Shown here: positions 1-12,572 of the stretch, piece after piece
Layout: each line of letters opens with the position of its first letter
How positions within the stretch are numbered: position 1 is the first letter of the stretch
Assembly: GCA_024137785.1 (NCBI GenBank)
Contig: JAHRHZ010000031.1
Location: 8,059,582-8,123,581 of the forward strand
Direction of reading: 5' to 3'
DNA length: 64,000 nucleotides
From: Ginglymostoma cirratum
Taxonomy: Eukaryota
The notes under the pieces: model-generated
Databases searched by the model: none
What the model saw: only the letters and a program-made list of their open reading frames with translations
What the model was told of the DNA's origin: nothing
Position numbers and translations under genes: made by a program

Positions 1-1294
1 TGTAGCTCTGACCTTGAATATTTAAACTCATTTTGATGGCAATTAAACAGCTTATTTTCGTTCCAGGAACATTTATTAACAGATTGTACTTGTGAGAGGT
101 ATAATTAGCAAATTCTACGTAAAGTCTATGACTGCTTGGACTAATTATGAAGAAAACATTGAAAAATTGTTTAATAATTTGTTAAATTATTGATGAAACA
201 CGTCTGACTTACCTTGCATTACAATTAACCTGGGCCACGCTTTTTGTTTTTGACTATGTTTTTAAAAATGGCTAATTTTGTTCATAGGATTATTCATTAG
301 ATTGCAAAACCTGGTCAGTTTATCAACACTATTAGTTTATTCGCTCATTAAAGGCAGAGACGATACAGAATGGAATAACCAATTCTGAAATGTAAGTTCT
401 TGATTTACAAGCATTTTACAACAATTTACAAGTAAATGTATTGATTAACCTGCAGAAAGAGCTAAACCACCAGCTTAACCAATCACACTGGATGATTTTG
501 CACAGCTCAGAAGATACATAATCCAAATATGGCCGTCATTACAAGGTGGGGTTTTATCTTTGAACTAAAATGTAAAACTAAAATATGGAAGCCACAAACC
601 AATTTACTGGAAACAGATTAAAACAGAACATATATTTCACATTTGCTTGGAAACACAACCACATGTCACTACATATAATCTTAGATAATGCTTGAAGTGA
701 GCTGTGATATATTATCCTGCTCTGCTGTAATACCAAAACAACTTTCAAGATAGTTGTGAGGGTCACTTGAGAACCAAGGTATCTTTGCCTGCAAAAGGTT
801 GAAGCAAATAATGTTGGCAATATAATTCTGCTGTTTATCTCTAGATTGTTAGTTTGTGAGTAGTTAAGTGGTCAATTTATCAATCTAATCAAACAATTGG
901 CAATACATTCCCTTCTCATCATCTGGCTTGGCATATGTAGTTCATCCCAATTAGCCAACGCAATGAGACATGAAACTTTAGAGATTAAAAGCTCCCAGTC
1001 CAAGAAAGGTAAGGAAAATAGAAGTAAATCATCAGAAATCAAGAATTCCTTTGCACTGGTCAGGAGAATTGAAAGAATTGAAATTGGATTTGGAGAATTG
1101 AAAACTGTATAAAAGAGCAATGTGAAGAACAAAGCCATTTCACTTGTGCTAAATGACAAAGAGGCAGTCTGTTTTGTGGTTTGAAGGAAAAGGCTTAAAA
1201 TCTGAAATCACCTCTGTCCTTCCTTCAGCTATTATTTAGATGTCTGAATTTATTTTTAGAAGTTGTCAGTCTCTGCAAGTATGATAATAGTCAC

Positions 1295-1420
1295 ATAGGC
1301 ACCTCAGACAGTGCAACAATCTCTCAGTACTGTATTCGAGGGCAAGCCGTGACTTTAACTCCTGGAGTGGGAATACAGGACCTTATGACTCAGAGGCAGG
1401 AGGACAAGGGGTGGAACCAC
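1295..1420 (-). mobile_element. Deu-domain (SacSINE1-like) SINE, 5' fragment
   Basis: ggcacctcagacagtgcaacaatctctcagtactgtatt...tgactcagaggc is the reverse complement of the same head seen at 18310-18430 (gtgcagtactcagggag). Confidence 0.55.
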
Positions 1421-1561
1421 AATTGATGCTTAATGGTACGTGGGCAACGAGGGACGCATTCACAAGTGGACTCAACACCAGACAGCCTGCTGGAAAGGAC
1501 TGTTTCCTTCCTTTTCTCCTCTTATCTTATCTTCCACTGGGAAGGGCTGCACTCTTCTGTT

Positions 1562-1760
1562 ACATAGGAACAGGAGTAAGCAATTCAGCCCACTGAGCCA
1601 CTCTGCCATGTAATACAATTATGGCTGATCAAATACTTCAATGCCTTTTACCACAGAATCTGCTCATAATGCTTTGCACCACTGGCAATCAGGAATTCAT
1701 TAATTCCTACCTTAAACATATTAGAAGACTGAACTTTCACACCCCTCTAGGGTAGAGTTG
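1562..1760 (-). mobile_element. CR1 LINE 3' tail fragment
   Basis: acataggaacaggagtaagcaattcagccc...atggctgatc is the reverse complement of the CR1 3' end seen at 32790-32865. Confidence 0.65.
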
Positions 1761-3029
1761 GTGATGTTGTGCAGAATGGCGATGTTGGGCAGAACACAGC
1801 AGACCACAGTGAAGTAAGAGACACACATTCCCGTGAGCAACTGTACTCATTAAGTCCAGGTAATAGAAGCACTGCCTAAGTGGCTTTGCGGTCTGCTTAA
1901 TGACATTCTGAGCAATAACATCTTCCTGGAAGAACGTTGCCCACACGCGCTTGGATTGAGCATCAGAGTCATGGGTCAATAGTTAGCCCAATTTCCTACA
2001 CATCATAACAAGCAATGTGCCAAGTACGATCACACACCAGCTACACATTCAGCAAGTGGATCCCTTTGAAATCGAGGAGAATCTTGGAATTATGATGCAG
2101 CATCTGCAAAGCCACATGTTTGTAGTTAATGCTATGTTGCACTTTGGGGAAACCCAATGTCGTGACATAATTACAATTATGTTCTACTTGCTATTTCTCT
2201 GAAAATGGAGAACACAATTTATTCCTTGCTGTTTTCGTACCGAACCTCGTTGACCTCCCATATGCAAGGAAGATGAAGCACAAGATGTTAGTGCCAGACT
2301 AGAATGAATGGGTTGGAAGATTTTCATTGTCACAATCAACTCAATAGCCACAGCAATGCAGTCATCACCCTAGCTTCAGACAACAAGACTACCTGCAAGA
2401 GGCATTAGATTTCTCATCAGTTAAACAAATTTCTATCCCATTGTTTCTGGCTTAGGTTCAAGAAATTCTCCCTGAAGATGGCGGGTGGTGAGCCCTGCTG
2501 ACATTGTTTATCCCCCTCCTTTTCTCCCAAGTTATCTTTGCTTATTCTCCTCATCATGCTGTAGACAGAAGAAAATAGAAAGTATAGTGGCCATGATGAG
2601 GACCAAGTGGTCTCAGCAGAACATCACAACAAAATAAACTTTCATCACATGTCCATAGGGAGTGGTGTGACTTCAGCTGAGTAGTATAGCCATACCTTGG
2701 TCCCGGCTGTCTCTCTTGGTCATCAAAAATTCTCAGCAAACTGAAGGCCAAACTTGAGAAGGAAACTCCATAACTCTTCATGGTTGACAGAGTCAAAGCA
2801 TCTGCAAGGTGGAAAAATGATATTGCACTCTTCTTGAATTTGCCATGCTGTGAAGTTTTATGTCTGCAGTGGCTCTCCAATGGGTGAGAACCAAACTGCA
2901 ATCCTGACAGGAGTTCCTCAGACACTGCAGACAAGTGATTAAGGATGATCATTGAATGGCAGGAAGAATCCTCTATACTTAAAACAGACTCTTGAATGAC
3001 ATGCCTGATCGCCAAGCTCCTATTTGCTT

Positions 3030-3372
3030 CAAATATTTCAGCCAGAATCTCCTCTTCAGCCAGCAGTGCCTTGGCAGAATCCCCCAAATTCAGTGACAAG
3101 AGAAGAAAAAGAGTAGTCCAACAGCAACATTCTCTCCTCTACCAAGCTGGCCAGCATTGAAGCACGAAGCACTCAAAACCAGCCTAGTCAGGCAGAACAT
3201 GTCAGTCATCTGCCTGGCACCAGATTTCCCCAAGAAACTACTCTACTTGTAACTTTTTCACAGCAGAAAACTCCCAGGGGAATGGCAGAAATGTTATGGG
3301 ACATTTCAAAACATCCCTGAGGAGACCAAACACCCCTTGCTGACTCCTGGGAGTCTTTGGCTTGCGACCAAC
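3030..3372 (+). mobile_element. RTE-clade LINE, decayed ORF C-terminus
   Basis: Broken frames read QQCLGRIPQIQ*QE..SNSNILSSTKLASIEARSTQNQ..AEHV..FPKKLLY..DSWESLA, matching the RTE post-RT motifs HQRCLRxIL..W, QLRWAGHV, RLPKQLLY. Confidence 0.7.
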
Positions 3373-3404
3373 TGTTTTTCTTTTCACTGACAGTATGTCA
3401 ATGT

Positions 3405-3730
3405 CTCTGACTGGGTCAGCATTTATTGGGCAATTGAGAGCGGGCAGATGGCAGTTAAGAGTCAACCGCATTGTGGGCCTGCAGTTACATGTAGGCCAGG
3501 CTGAATAAGAACAGGTGTCCTTCCCTAAGCTACACGAGGCAACCAAATGAAGGTTTCAATGACAATTGATGGTGGTTCTGTGGTTGTCATTAGGCCAGCT
3601 CTTCACTCCAGATTTTAATGAATTCATATTTCACTATCTGCCACAGCAGAAAATCAAGTCCATATTCCCAGAACGTTAGCAGGAGGTTCTGGATCGCTAG
3701 TCCTGTGGCATTCCCACAATGCCACGACTC
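3405..3730 (-). mobile_element. tRNA-derived SINE (family with gggcaataaatgctgg tail)
   Basis: Homologous to copies at 12070, 26335, 30950 and 32930 (cagcatttattg...gagtcaaccgcattgtggg...catgtaggccag). Confidence 0.7.
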
Positions 3731-4304
3731 TTCAATATAGAAGACCTATCCAAGTGGGACTCCAGACTCAGATTTTCTTTGGAAATTACAGAAGCAGAAT
3801 GGCAGAAAGAATACGCAAACTTGCAAATAAACTTTAAGAGCCACTTGCACCAGATCTGACAGATTCTGCAGATCACATATTGGACTTTCTATCTGTCTCA
3901 TAGCCCATAAAACAAACAGAGTGGAAATCATCTGAATCCTGAGTGACTGCCTAATAAGGAGACTTCATGAACTTCAAATAACAGTCCAAACCACAAGACC
4001 CTTTAACATTTATGAACAGTTGTGGAGTTTGTAAATTAGCAACTAATGTGACAGTGACTGACTTAATTACTGCACAAATTGGTGGGGAGAGGTGTCATTC
4101 CTGCTATTGATGCTATTTGGGATCCAGGGATCTAAAACATCCAATTTACGTGATCAACAGGTTCCAATGGTTAAAACATTGTCAACCTAGAATGCAGATT
4201 TCAGATGACTGGCAAAAACACTACAGGCAAGGGGTGAAATACTCCTTTTTAACAACAAACAAAAAACAAGCTGCTAGGTCTTCAAATGTATTGCTCAATA
4301 GGTT

Positions 4305-4480
4305 GTTGGAAGCAGTTTCAACAGTAGCTTGCAAAGGAACTGGATGAAAACTCGAAGAGAAAAAGAAAGGCAGGGATGTGGCAAAGAGCTAAGGAATGAG
4401 ACAACTAGGATTGCTCTTACAAAAAGCCAGTGTAGTCTTAATGGGCTAAATAGCCATTTTTTCTGCTGTACTATTCCATA
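4305..4480 (+). mobile_element. CR1 LINE 3' tail, old
   Basis: Ends in atgggctaaatagcc...tctgctgtactattccata, a decayed CR1 3' terminus. Confidence 0.5.
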
Positions 4481-6102
4481 AAGTATTCTTTATGTATAGC
4501 TTTTCTCAAGGAAAGCAGGGTGTGGGGGGGGTGAAATAAGCTTGAAACATCCTTCGACAGGTCTTATGATTTTTTTTTGCAGTTGAAGATTCTAATCATC
4601 TGTGCAGCACATTATCAAATGTGCCGGACTCCCTTTTCTACTTGTTCATTACTATTTGATAAGGATATGAACAGAGTAAAATGTGTGAGGCATTTCTTGT
4701 ATTTCTGATCACTGTCTGAAGGTTTCAGTGCATACTGCAATGCTATTTGCTGTATCTTGCTCAGAAACCAAGGTAAAGAAGATTCCAATAGTTGAATGGA
4801 ATAATGAAGTCAGCAAGGTGGATCCAGAAGTATTGATTAGATGATAACCAGGCTTTGATTTCTTTTTTTAAAAAAAGGCGAATGCAGTTGTATGAAAGGA
4901 AGACGGAGAGAGATAAGGCATTCCACTGTTTTGACAACCCTGAGGGGGAGAAAGTAAAGAATGGAACATTCTGTGGGAGGTGGTGAGATTTGTTTCGAAG
5001 AGTTACTGAACCAGATAGTGGAATGCAAATGAATTGAGACATGTACGCCTGTAATGACAAGATCTCAGAAGTACAATGCTTAGAACTGCTCTGATATTTG
5101 ATCTTTGCAGTTTTGAACTCAACAGTTCTCACAGCTTCATTTCTGACATTATTTGTTATTGGCATTGATATGCCTTGTAAAGGTATAATTCCAAATATAT
5201 TGTTCAAAAGGCAGAAAGGCCTAATTGAGAAAATCAATGTGGCGGCTTCTATTAGGTTCTTGTGAAAAGGCAGTGAATCCAACTCAGCAACAAGTTTTAG
5301 AGTGTCACACAAATGGAAGGCTGTTCGGCTGTGAATATCTTAAATACAAAGTGATGGTCCCCAAAAGGACCTTTCGGACTCAAAATTGCATAAAGGAATA
5401 TAGCTGAGCCGTTAACACAGGACACATTAGGCTACATTTAATCTCAGAGCAGAAGTCCTACCGATGAGTTTGAAAGCAGGAGGGGAGAGACAATCCTCTT
5501 TTTGTGGTCCAAGACACACATACTCCAGCAACTGAGAACCAGTTGGAGGGTCAACACCTCAGTAGCACTAGCAGGAGTGATGGTCATTATTGGACACTGT
5601 GGATGGATAGCATCCTCCCAATCAGGCACGTGGTTTCCAGGCATGCCTTGGCCTGTTCGATAGGCTCCCAGCTACAGAAGGGAGTTGGAAACGGCAAGTG
5701 TGTGGTCTCATTTTCATGAGCATCTCCTCCATGTGTTGAATAATTCCCAAACAGGGGTCACCACCTTCACAGGCCAATGGCCTATTTGGAGATCAACACT
5801 TGACAAATTCCCCAAACGGCAGAGAGGACACCCACTGCTGCCAAAGCACCAGGAGGAGAGGGAAGAGGCCCTTAATTGGACCCTTAAATGGCTCAACTCA
5901 TGTCAGGGTGGCAAGACAGTTTGCCATCTCCCCACTGCAAAAATGGTACGGCAGTGGGAAAACAATTCCACCTCCGCCTTCATTTGCCAATTTAAGAACT
6001 CCCAATCTGGGAAACTCTCAACACCAGATGGATTGGTAAAATTCGTCAGCAAAAATATGAAATAAATTCACAATCTATATTAAAACACATACAAAGCATA
6101 AT

Positions 6103-6203
6103 CCTGAGATAACAAGGTGTAGAGCTGGATGAACACAGCAGGCCAAGCAGCATCAGAGGAGCAGGAAAGCTGATGTTTTGGGCCTAGACCCTTCTTCAGA
6201 AAA
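6103..6203 (-). mobile_element. Penelope-terminal mini-unit with degenerate hammerhead core
   Basis: Minus strand reads CTGAAGA-A-GGGTCTAGGCCC-AAAACATC-agctttcctgctcctctgatgctgcttggcc; flanks ATAATCCTG (6098-6106) / ATATTCCTG (6204-6212). Confidence 0.75.
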
Positions 6204-7049
6204 ATATTCCTGCCCTGTTTGTAGTGGAAATATAATTCACTTGAATGCAACACCTTGCGTTCCCTCCAGCTGCTAGGATTTATTTCATAAGTGTACCGCT
6301 AAGCAAGTGATGGATTGTCAGTAAGCTTAGGAGAGAGCAACTGTGGCTTTGTACAACACTAGAAAATGCAATGCAGCATCAAGAGAACCTTGAACTTCAG
6401 AGTCCTGAATGTTATCTTAATGTTGTCAAGAAGTTTTCCCAGTGATTACATAGACAAATTCAAACATTAGGTTTGTATCGCTCAGACTTACCCAATATAG
6501 CCACTCCGTATCAGGATTATATTTGGGTATCAAAGCCAGAACGTGGAACAAGAATCAACTTATTTTTCTTGTTCTAGGGATACGAACATTTGGTGCCCAC
6601 TCTTGCAGCCCTGATTCAGTGGCAAACCATGTTGGCTTTGATGAATTCAAGCAGCTTGACCTCACCCCCTGTCAGGTATGGTTCTGGAATCTATATTGGT
6701 CATTGATCACCTCTTCGCAAGTATAGGGAAACAATCAATTGTTAATAAAGAAACAATTTACTGATTTCTGAGATCTTAAGAACCTGAAAGGCCAGGAATT
6801 CATCTGTACAATTAAGCCAATAAGATTCTTTAAAGGAAAATAATTTACTACAAAAATAAATTAGAGTATGAATAATAATTACATTCTTCAGTAAGTTACC
6901 TTAAAGATTTTAAAAGGTACAGTGAATCCATTAGCTATGCTTTAAGCCAAACATCTCCACTCAACTTAGTTGCAATGCCAATTAATGCAGTTATAAAAAC
7001 AAGCATCTTGTCTTGTCACTAAGGTGCCTTCAGTCTAGAGGACGCACTT

Positions 7050-8460
7050 CTTGCTGTAAAGCAGTGTGTTACACAGAGGATGTATCCGGGATAGCAATGG
7101 GAGCAAGTCCAAAACACTGTGGATAGCTATGCTGCACAAGAGGGGAAGGAAGAAAAACAGAGTGGCAAGGCTATAGTGATAGTGCATACATTAGTAAGGA
7201 GAACAGATTGGCATTTCTGCCATTACAGCCATTACAAAGCATACTCCAGGATGACATGCTGCCTCCCTGGTGCCAGAGTCAAGGATTCCTTGAAGCAAGG
7301 CATTCTGAGGGTGGGAGAATGGTAAACAACCAGAAGTCAAAGTAAATACTGTAACCAATTATGTATGCTAAAAAAAGGGGAGGGGCTCAAACAAGCTTCA
7401 TCATAAATTAATACGCAGACAATACAAAAAGGTAATAATTTCTCATTGTTACTACTGCCATCTGCTAGCAAGCACAGTAATCACAGTATATCAGATGAAT
7501 GAATGGTTGGAGAATTTTTTTTTGTGGTGGGGTGGATTTAGGTGCAAGAGATTCAGATTCCTGGGACATTGAGACCAGTACAATCTGGACAGGCTTCACC
7601 AAGTCACAACCAAGATCAGTGTCTTCATTGAGGCTGGTTACTACTGCTCTTGTGAAGGGTTTAAGCCAGAATGGCATGGGGATGGGAATCTGAGTAGGGA
7701 GGCAGATGTGGGAAACAAGTCTAGAAATTAAAAGACAAAATCATAAGAAACAAAAAGTGGAAAGCAGAAAAAAAAAGGACAAACAATAAATGGGAACAAA
7801 GCCCAAAATAAAGTTAAGATGATTAACAAGGTTAGTCATGGGTAGTTTGGTTAAATGTCTTTCAAAGTGTGGAACATTTACGACAAGGTAGATGAATTAA
7901 CAGTGCAAATGGACATGTATGGTTATGCATGCTGCAATTATGGACACTCAGCTGCAGCCTGACCAAGGACAGTAATTGAACAATCAGAGTCATTCAATAT
8001 TTAGGAAGAACAGACAAACAGGGCAAGGAGGCGGGATAGCATTGTTACTGAAGGAGTATGATGTAATAATGAGGAATGACATTGGCCGAGAAAATCATGA
8101 CGTGGAATCCAAATAGGTGGAGATAAGAAACTCAAAAGGGGCAAAAAACATTGGTGGGAGCTGTCCATCAGCCCCCAAACAGTCACAGAGGTGTAAGGGA
8201 AGGCACCAAATAGGAAATTACAGAGATGCATACAATAAGGACACAGCTGTTATCATGGGTGATTTTAATCTGTATATCAATTAGATAAACCAAACTAGTG
8301 ATAGTCCTATGGAGGAGGATTTCCTGGACTGTGCACACGAGGTTATTTTGGATCAATGCATTGGGAAAGCAACTAGAGAGCAAGTTATTTTAGTGCCGTG
8401 CAGTCAGAAAGGACTAACTGACAATTACGTTGTGAGAGGTTTATTGAGGAAGAGCAGAAG
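7050..8460 (+). mobile_element. CR1 LINE 5' region: decayed ORF1 esterase (SGNH) plus APE endonuclease of ORF2
   Basis: ORF 7119 KAIVIVHTLVRRTDWHFC..SRMTCCLPGARVKD matches the CR1 ORF1 esterase; downstream FRKNRQTGQGGGIAL, VIMGDFNL, EEDFLDC and TREQVIL match the CR1 endonuclease; many stops and frameshifts. Confidence 0.85.
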
Positions 8461-9059
8461 GTGGGAGGGGACTTCCAGAATTTAGAAGTCAAGTAGCCAC
8501 AACGGATGGGCAGTGAAACACCACTGCTAGCATGATCATCTCATATGCCAGGGTTAGCTGGGGAAGGTAGACAATCGTAGGTATTTGCGGACTGGGGGGA
8601 GGGCCACTTGAAGAACTGGAAAACCCTGGGGATTAACAAGATGGGCTATTAAAAAGAGAATATGGATGTTTGGGAGGTCACTGGCACATGTGAGCTGAAG
8701 CTGGAAGCCACCTACTATTGTGCTGGAAATCAGAAGTGTTCAAAGAGGAACAAAATGGCTGCAGCCATACTCTGAGTGCACAGGGTAAATGACTTGATCT
8801 GGGAGAAGTGGGCTGCAGCAAGTAATGTTCATTCAAATTCTGAAGAGAAAGAACAGAGATCACAGACCCACACCCGTACGAGGCACAGCACATAGGCACG
8901 CCCAGTCAAGAATGAGTGAGGGAAGGTGTTGTAAGCAGTACTGAAAGTGGCACAGCATGTGCCTTACTGGGAGGTGGTTGCAGTGGCAGAGATAAAGTGA
9001 ATGTAAGGTAGCTTAGAGAACAGTGTGTCCCTTTGTCTGGTGCAGTGGAGAAGGTCACT

Positions 9060-9230
9060 GACTTTCTCTCTGCATCATTCATCATTTCTTCACACCCTAG
9101 AGGTGACACCAACCCAGATGGCAACCTCAGGCCAGACTGGCAGGTTTTGATGGCACAGCTCTTCTGCTGATTTTCTGGTTATGGGCATCTCTTTTGCCTC
9201 AACCTGTCCATCACAACCTACAAGTTTCTG
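9060..9230 (-). mobile_element. Possible PIF/Harbinger Myb/SANT-like ORF remnant
   Basis: Broken frames give VMDRLRQ..WPEVAIWVGVTS..CEEMMND, resembling the W-x-EVA..CRKKMNDL pattern of Harbinger Myb-like proteins; very decayed. Confidence 0.3.
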
Positions 9231-12069
9231 TCAAGGAAACACAATACCAAATTCCCCTTCTCCGACATGTTCACATTCTGCCAGTCAATTGGTGAGTAGG
9301 GCAGTTTTGCGATGCCAATGTTCATCCAGATGCACAACGAGCTTCTGAAGGCTGTGTCGGCATGAGGGATTCTGGTCCTTGTGCAGATTTGTGCTGAGTG
9401 GTGAGTTGTTGTGGGAAGTTGTCACAAGGCAAGATGAATGTGAGACATGCCATAGGGACACAGTAGATAATCAATGCAGCAAGTTTAGCAAGACAAGGAG
9501 AGGGGAAAGAGAACTTGTTTGATCTTGCAGCAAAATGCCTTTTAGAAAATGCAATGCAACTCAGGCGTAGCCTCAAGAAAAATGAACATTCAGCCCTTTG
9601 TTTCTTTTCAACAACATCAAACACTTGTGCTATTTGAAATTGTACTGCAATTAGTAATAAAGGGCAGAAGAGAATGAAATAGCAAACATTTCTCCCTTCA
9701 TTTGTTTTTTTTTTCTATTAAATGGCTCTCAAATTGAATATTATTAAAGTAATCTTCTGACAATTTTGATTAAAATGGCATGTTTACGAAAGAAACAACT
9801 GGAATATTTTACTTGAGTGTTTGACTTGTGGCCACTGTCTCAGAAGGTTAGCATAGTTCACAAATACGTAGGAAAGAAAACCCCTGGAGATACAAGTCTT
9901 CTCTCCCTCACGCTCAGCAGAATTTTCTGGGAACCTGAAAATCTGCAAATACCAATTTTTTGATGACCTTGCAAAACCTGAAGAGCTTAACTGTGCCCAC
10001 CTCTCAATGATTCCATTTAATGCTCTCCATTTCCTGGAGGCTCCAGGTATAATGAATCCACACTCATCAAATGACAGAGCAGTGGGAACAACTGGCATTT
10101 ATCTTGAAGTAACTGTCTGAAATACAGATACTTCACCTTCTCAGGACTCAAGTGGCAGTGAACATTGCTCACATTCAACTTTGTCATCTTTTAAACATGA
10201 AAAGGTTTATTGAAAAATGTTATGGAAAACCAGATAATATTTCAAATGATTTTGCAGAATTTGCACAGCAGTACAAAATAATGTTTTTCAGCTGTATACA
10301 GCGTTAACATGCTCCAGTGCAAACATGGAGATGAAGGTCTTATGCCACTGTGGTTTGACATGAACTTAAAGCCAAGCTGGCAGTATTTGAAGAAGACATT
10401 CATTACTGAAGAGCAGGTAAACAACTGAACAATGTCACGGCAGCAAAATGCAGATACTGGTATGCAATTTCATTCTGCCATGAACTGAACTCATTTCCTG
10501 AGGGAAAAGTGTCAAATGGAAGCGAGCCAGATGGTGGATGAGAACCCGTCAGGAAAATCATCCTTGAGTCACTCACTTGCACAATTTAGCAACCACATAT
10601 AATGGCACTGACAAAAAGTTCGACACACTGAAACAACAGGGACTTTGCTAACCCAAATTGGTTAATGACCTGCGAGGATGCAATAGGGAGCGTTGGTTCA
10701 AAATCCTAATAAATTATTCACTATTTTCTATCAAAATTTAGACTTTAGTATAATAAGGAACATGAATAAATGAGTCATTAGTTTGATATGCAACATAAAA
10801 CCAGAAATTCTCATGTGCATTCATGCATCATCCTATTATGAGGCATTTTACAACAATACACTGTAATTATTTAAACTAGTTAACCCGATTAATCATAGAA
10901 ATGTTTGCTCAATATCCATTAATTAGTGCATCAGCACAGCCGTCTTCCTAACGAATTCCTAAAAATATCAAACATTTTGTAAAATAGCAAAGAAAAAAAA
11001 CTAATCAGCCATTCATACTAACTTTGATATTAAAAAAAGCAAAATTAAATTTCAATGATATCAATTTGTATCTAGTAAAGGGGAGTTTCTTTTCAAACCA
11101 AAGGAATTTATTAATGTCAATTTTTAATACAGGCAACACATTTAGAGGTGTTTATCATCATGCTTTCACACTGCACACTGAAATATAATTGAAGTAGCCA
11201 ATGAGTAAAAGATTGATAAGCTGCATCCAAAATTGTTTTCAAGGGTATTCTCTCACGACTGATTCTTTTCAAAGCAGTTGAGCTGAAATATATAAACTGA
11301 CTCAACTGACTAAAACGACTGAATAGATTTGAAAGAACCTACAAGAGATAACAGATCTGAAGTGTTTTTTTAAATGATAGAGGAAAATTTAATTCATTGA
11401 TGTTTGCCTAGTAGACGATAGAATATTCCAAGAAATACACATGAGTTTCTGCCTGACACTGGAACACTCAGCTAATGGTATCATGAATAGATTGCATGCT
11501 TAGTACTCAAATACTTAACTTTTGCACATTCTAATTAAGTCATGAAAATGTCTGTGAATCAGACCAACTTTAACCATTTTATTATTTCCTGGGTGATTAC
11601 TGAATATAATGTGATGCTTCCAAGAAAATTATTTAATTTAGCCTGCATGCCTAGAGATTCTCTCTGGTGACTATTCAAGTACATACCACACCATGTTTGG
11701 GGAACAACTGGATAAAGAAAGCCCCAATTTTTGCACAGCTACTTTTTGATCTGATACAAATACAATAGTAGAGGCAAAATAAATTGTGTCTCATAGTCAT
11801 ACAACTTCGTTCTGTTGACTAAGCATGTTCTAAAAAGCCAATTTGAGGTGCTGCAGATGTGCATAATCATCCAAGTCTTAAGTCTTAAAGTAATTTTTAC
11901 GTGGAACAACAACATAGTACAAAGTTGGAGTCAAAATTCAGATCCAATGGTAATTTGCATTCAACGCATCGAGTAACAAAAGTCTCCCAACAACATTAAT
12001 CCATGCAAAGGAGTTTTAAATAGTTGTAATCGTTAAGTAGGATCTCAGTCTGCAGCTGACTTTTCCCCG

Positions 12070-12365
12070 TTCATTCTTGATTGAGATGTGGGCATCATTT
12101 ATTGGCCATGCTTAATTTTCTGGAGGGCATTTAAGAATCAACCACATTGCTGTGGATCTAGAGTCACAAATAGACCAAACTGGGTAAGGACAGCATGTTT
12201 CCCTCCCGAAACAATTTTAGCCATACGACAATCAACTATTCGGTTAGCTTTTTATTCCAGACTTTTATTAAGTTCAAATTTCCCTATCTGCTATGTCCCC
12301 AGAACATTAACCTCATGTTCTGAATTACTAGCCTGGTCACATTACCACTACACCACAGCATCTCC
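12070..12365 (-). mobile_element. tRNA-derived SINE (same family as 3405)
   Basis: ggcatttaagaatcaaccacattgctgtggatctagagtcac...cccagaacattaacc...attaccactacacc. Confidence 0.75.
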
Positions 12366-12459
12366 ATAGAGCTCAACACACCTTTTCCTTGTAAGACTCC
12401 ATTGACTAAAACAGCTCCATACACAAGCCTCAATACACCTTCGACCTTTTTAAAAGGAT

Positions 12460-12572
12460 ACTTTTGTCATCAACCTGTCTAGACAGATTAGAACACATTT
12501 CCATGGCAAGTTGGACGTGAAACCAGACCTTCTGGTTGAGAGGTAAGGCCCGTTACCACTAACCACAGACCC
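12460..12572 (-). mobile_element. Short tRNA-derived SINE (about 110 bp family)
   Basis: Reverse complement tggttagtggtaac..ccttacctctcaaccagaaggtctggtttca..acaggttga matches the copies at 18970-19078 and 36495-36572. Confidence 0.55.

Noticed and set aside
1790-2400. Possible decayed RT fragment
   Set aside because: Only faint motif resemblance; clade and strand cannot be supported
2554-3099. 181-aa minus-strand ORF
   Set aside because: Antisense to, and adjoining, a decayed RTE LINE; no recognisable protein
4761-5312. 183-aa minus-strand ORF
   Set aside because: No recognisable domain, non-ATG start and no convincing splice context; compatible with chance
6455-7020. Possible solo LTR
   Set aside because: Composition is suggestive, but no termini or target-site duplication were found
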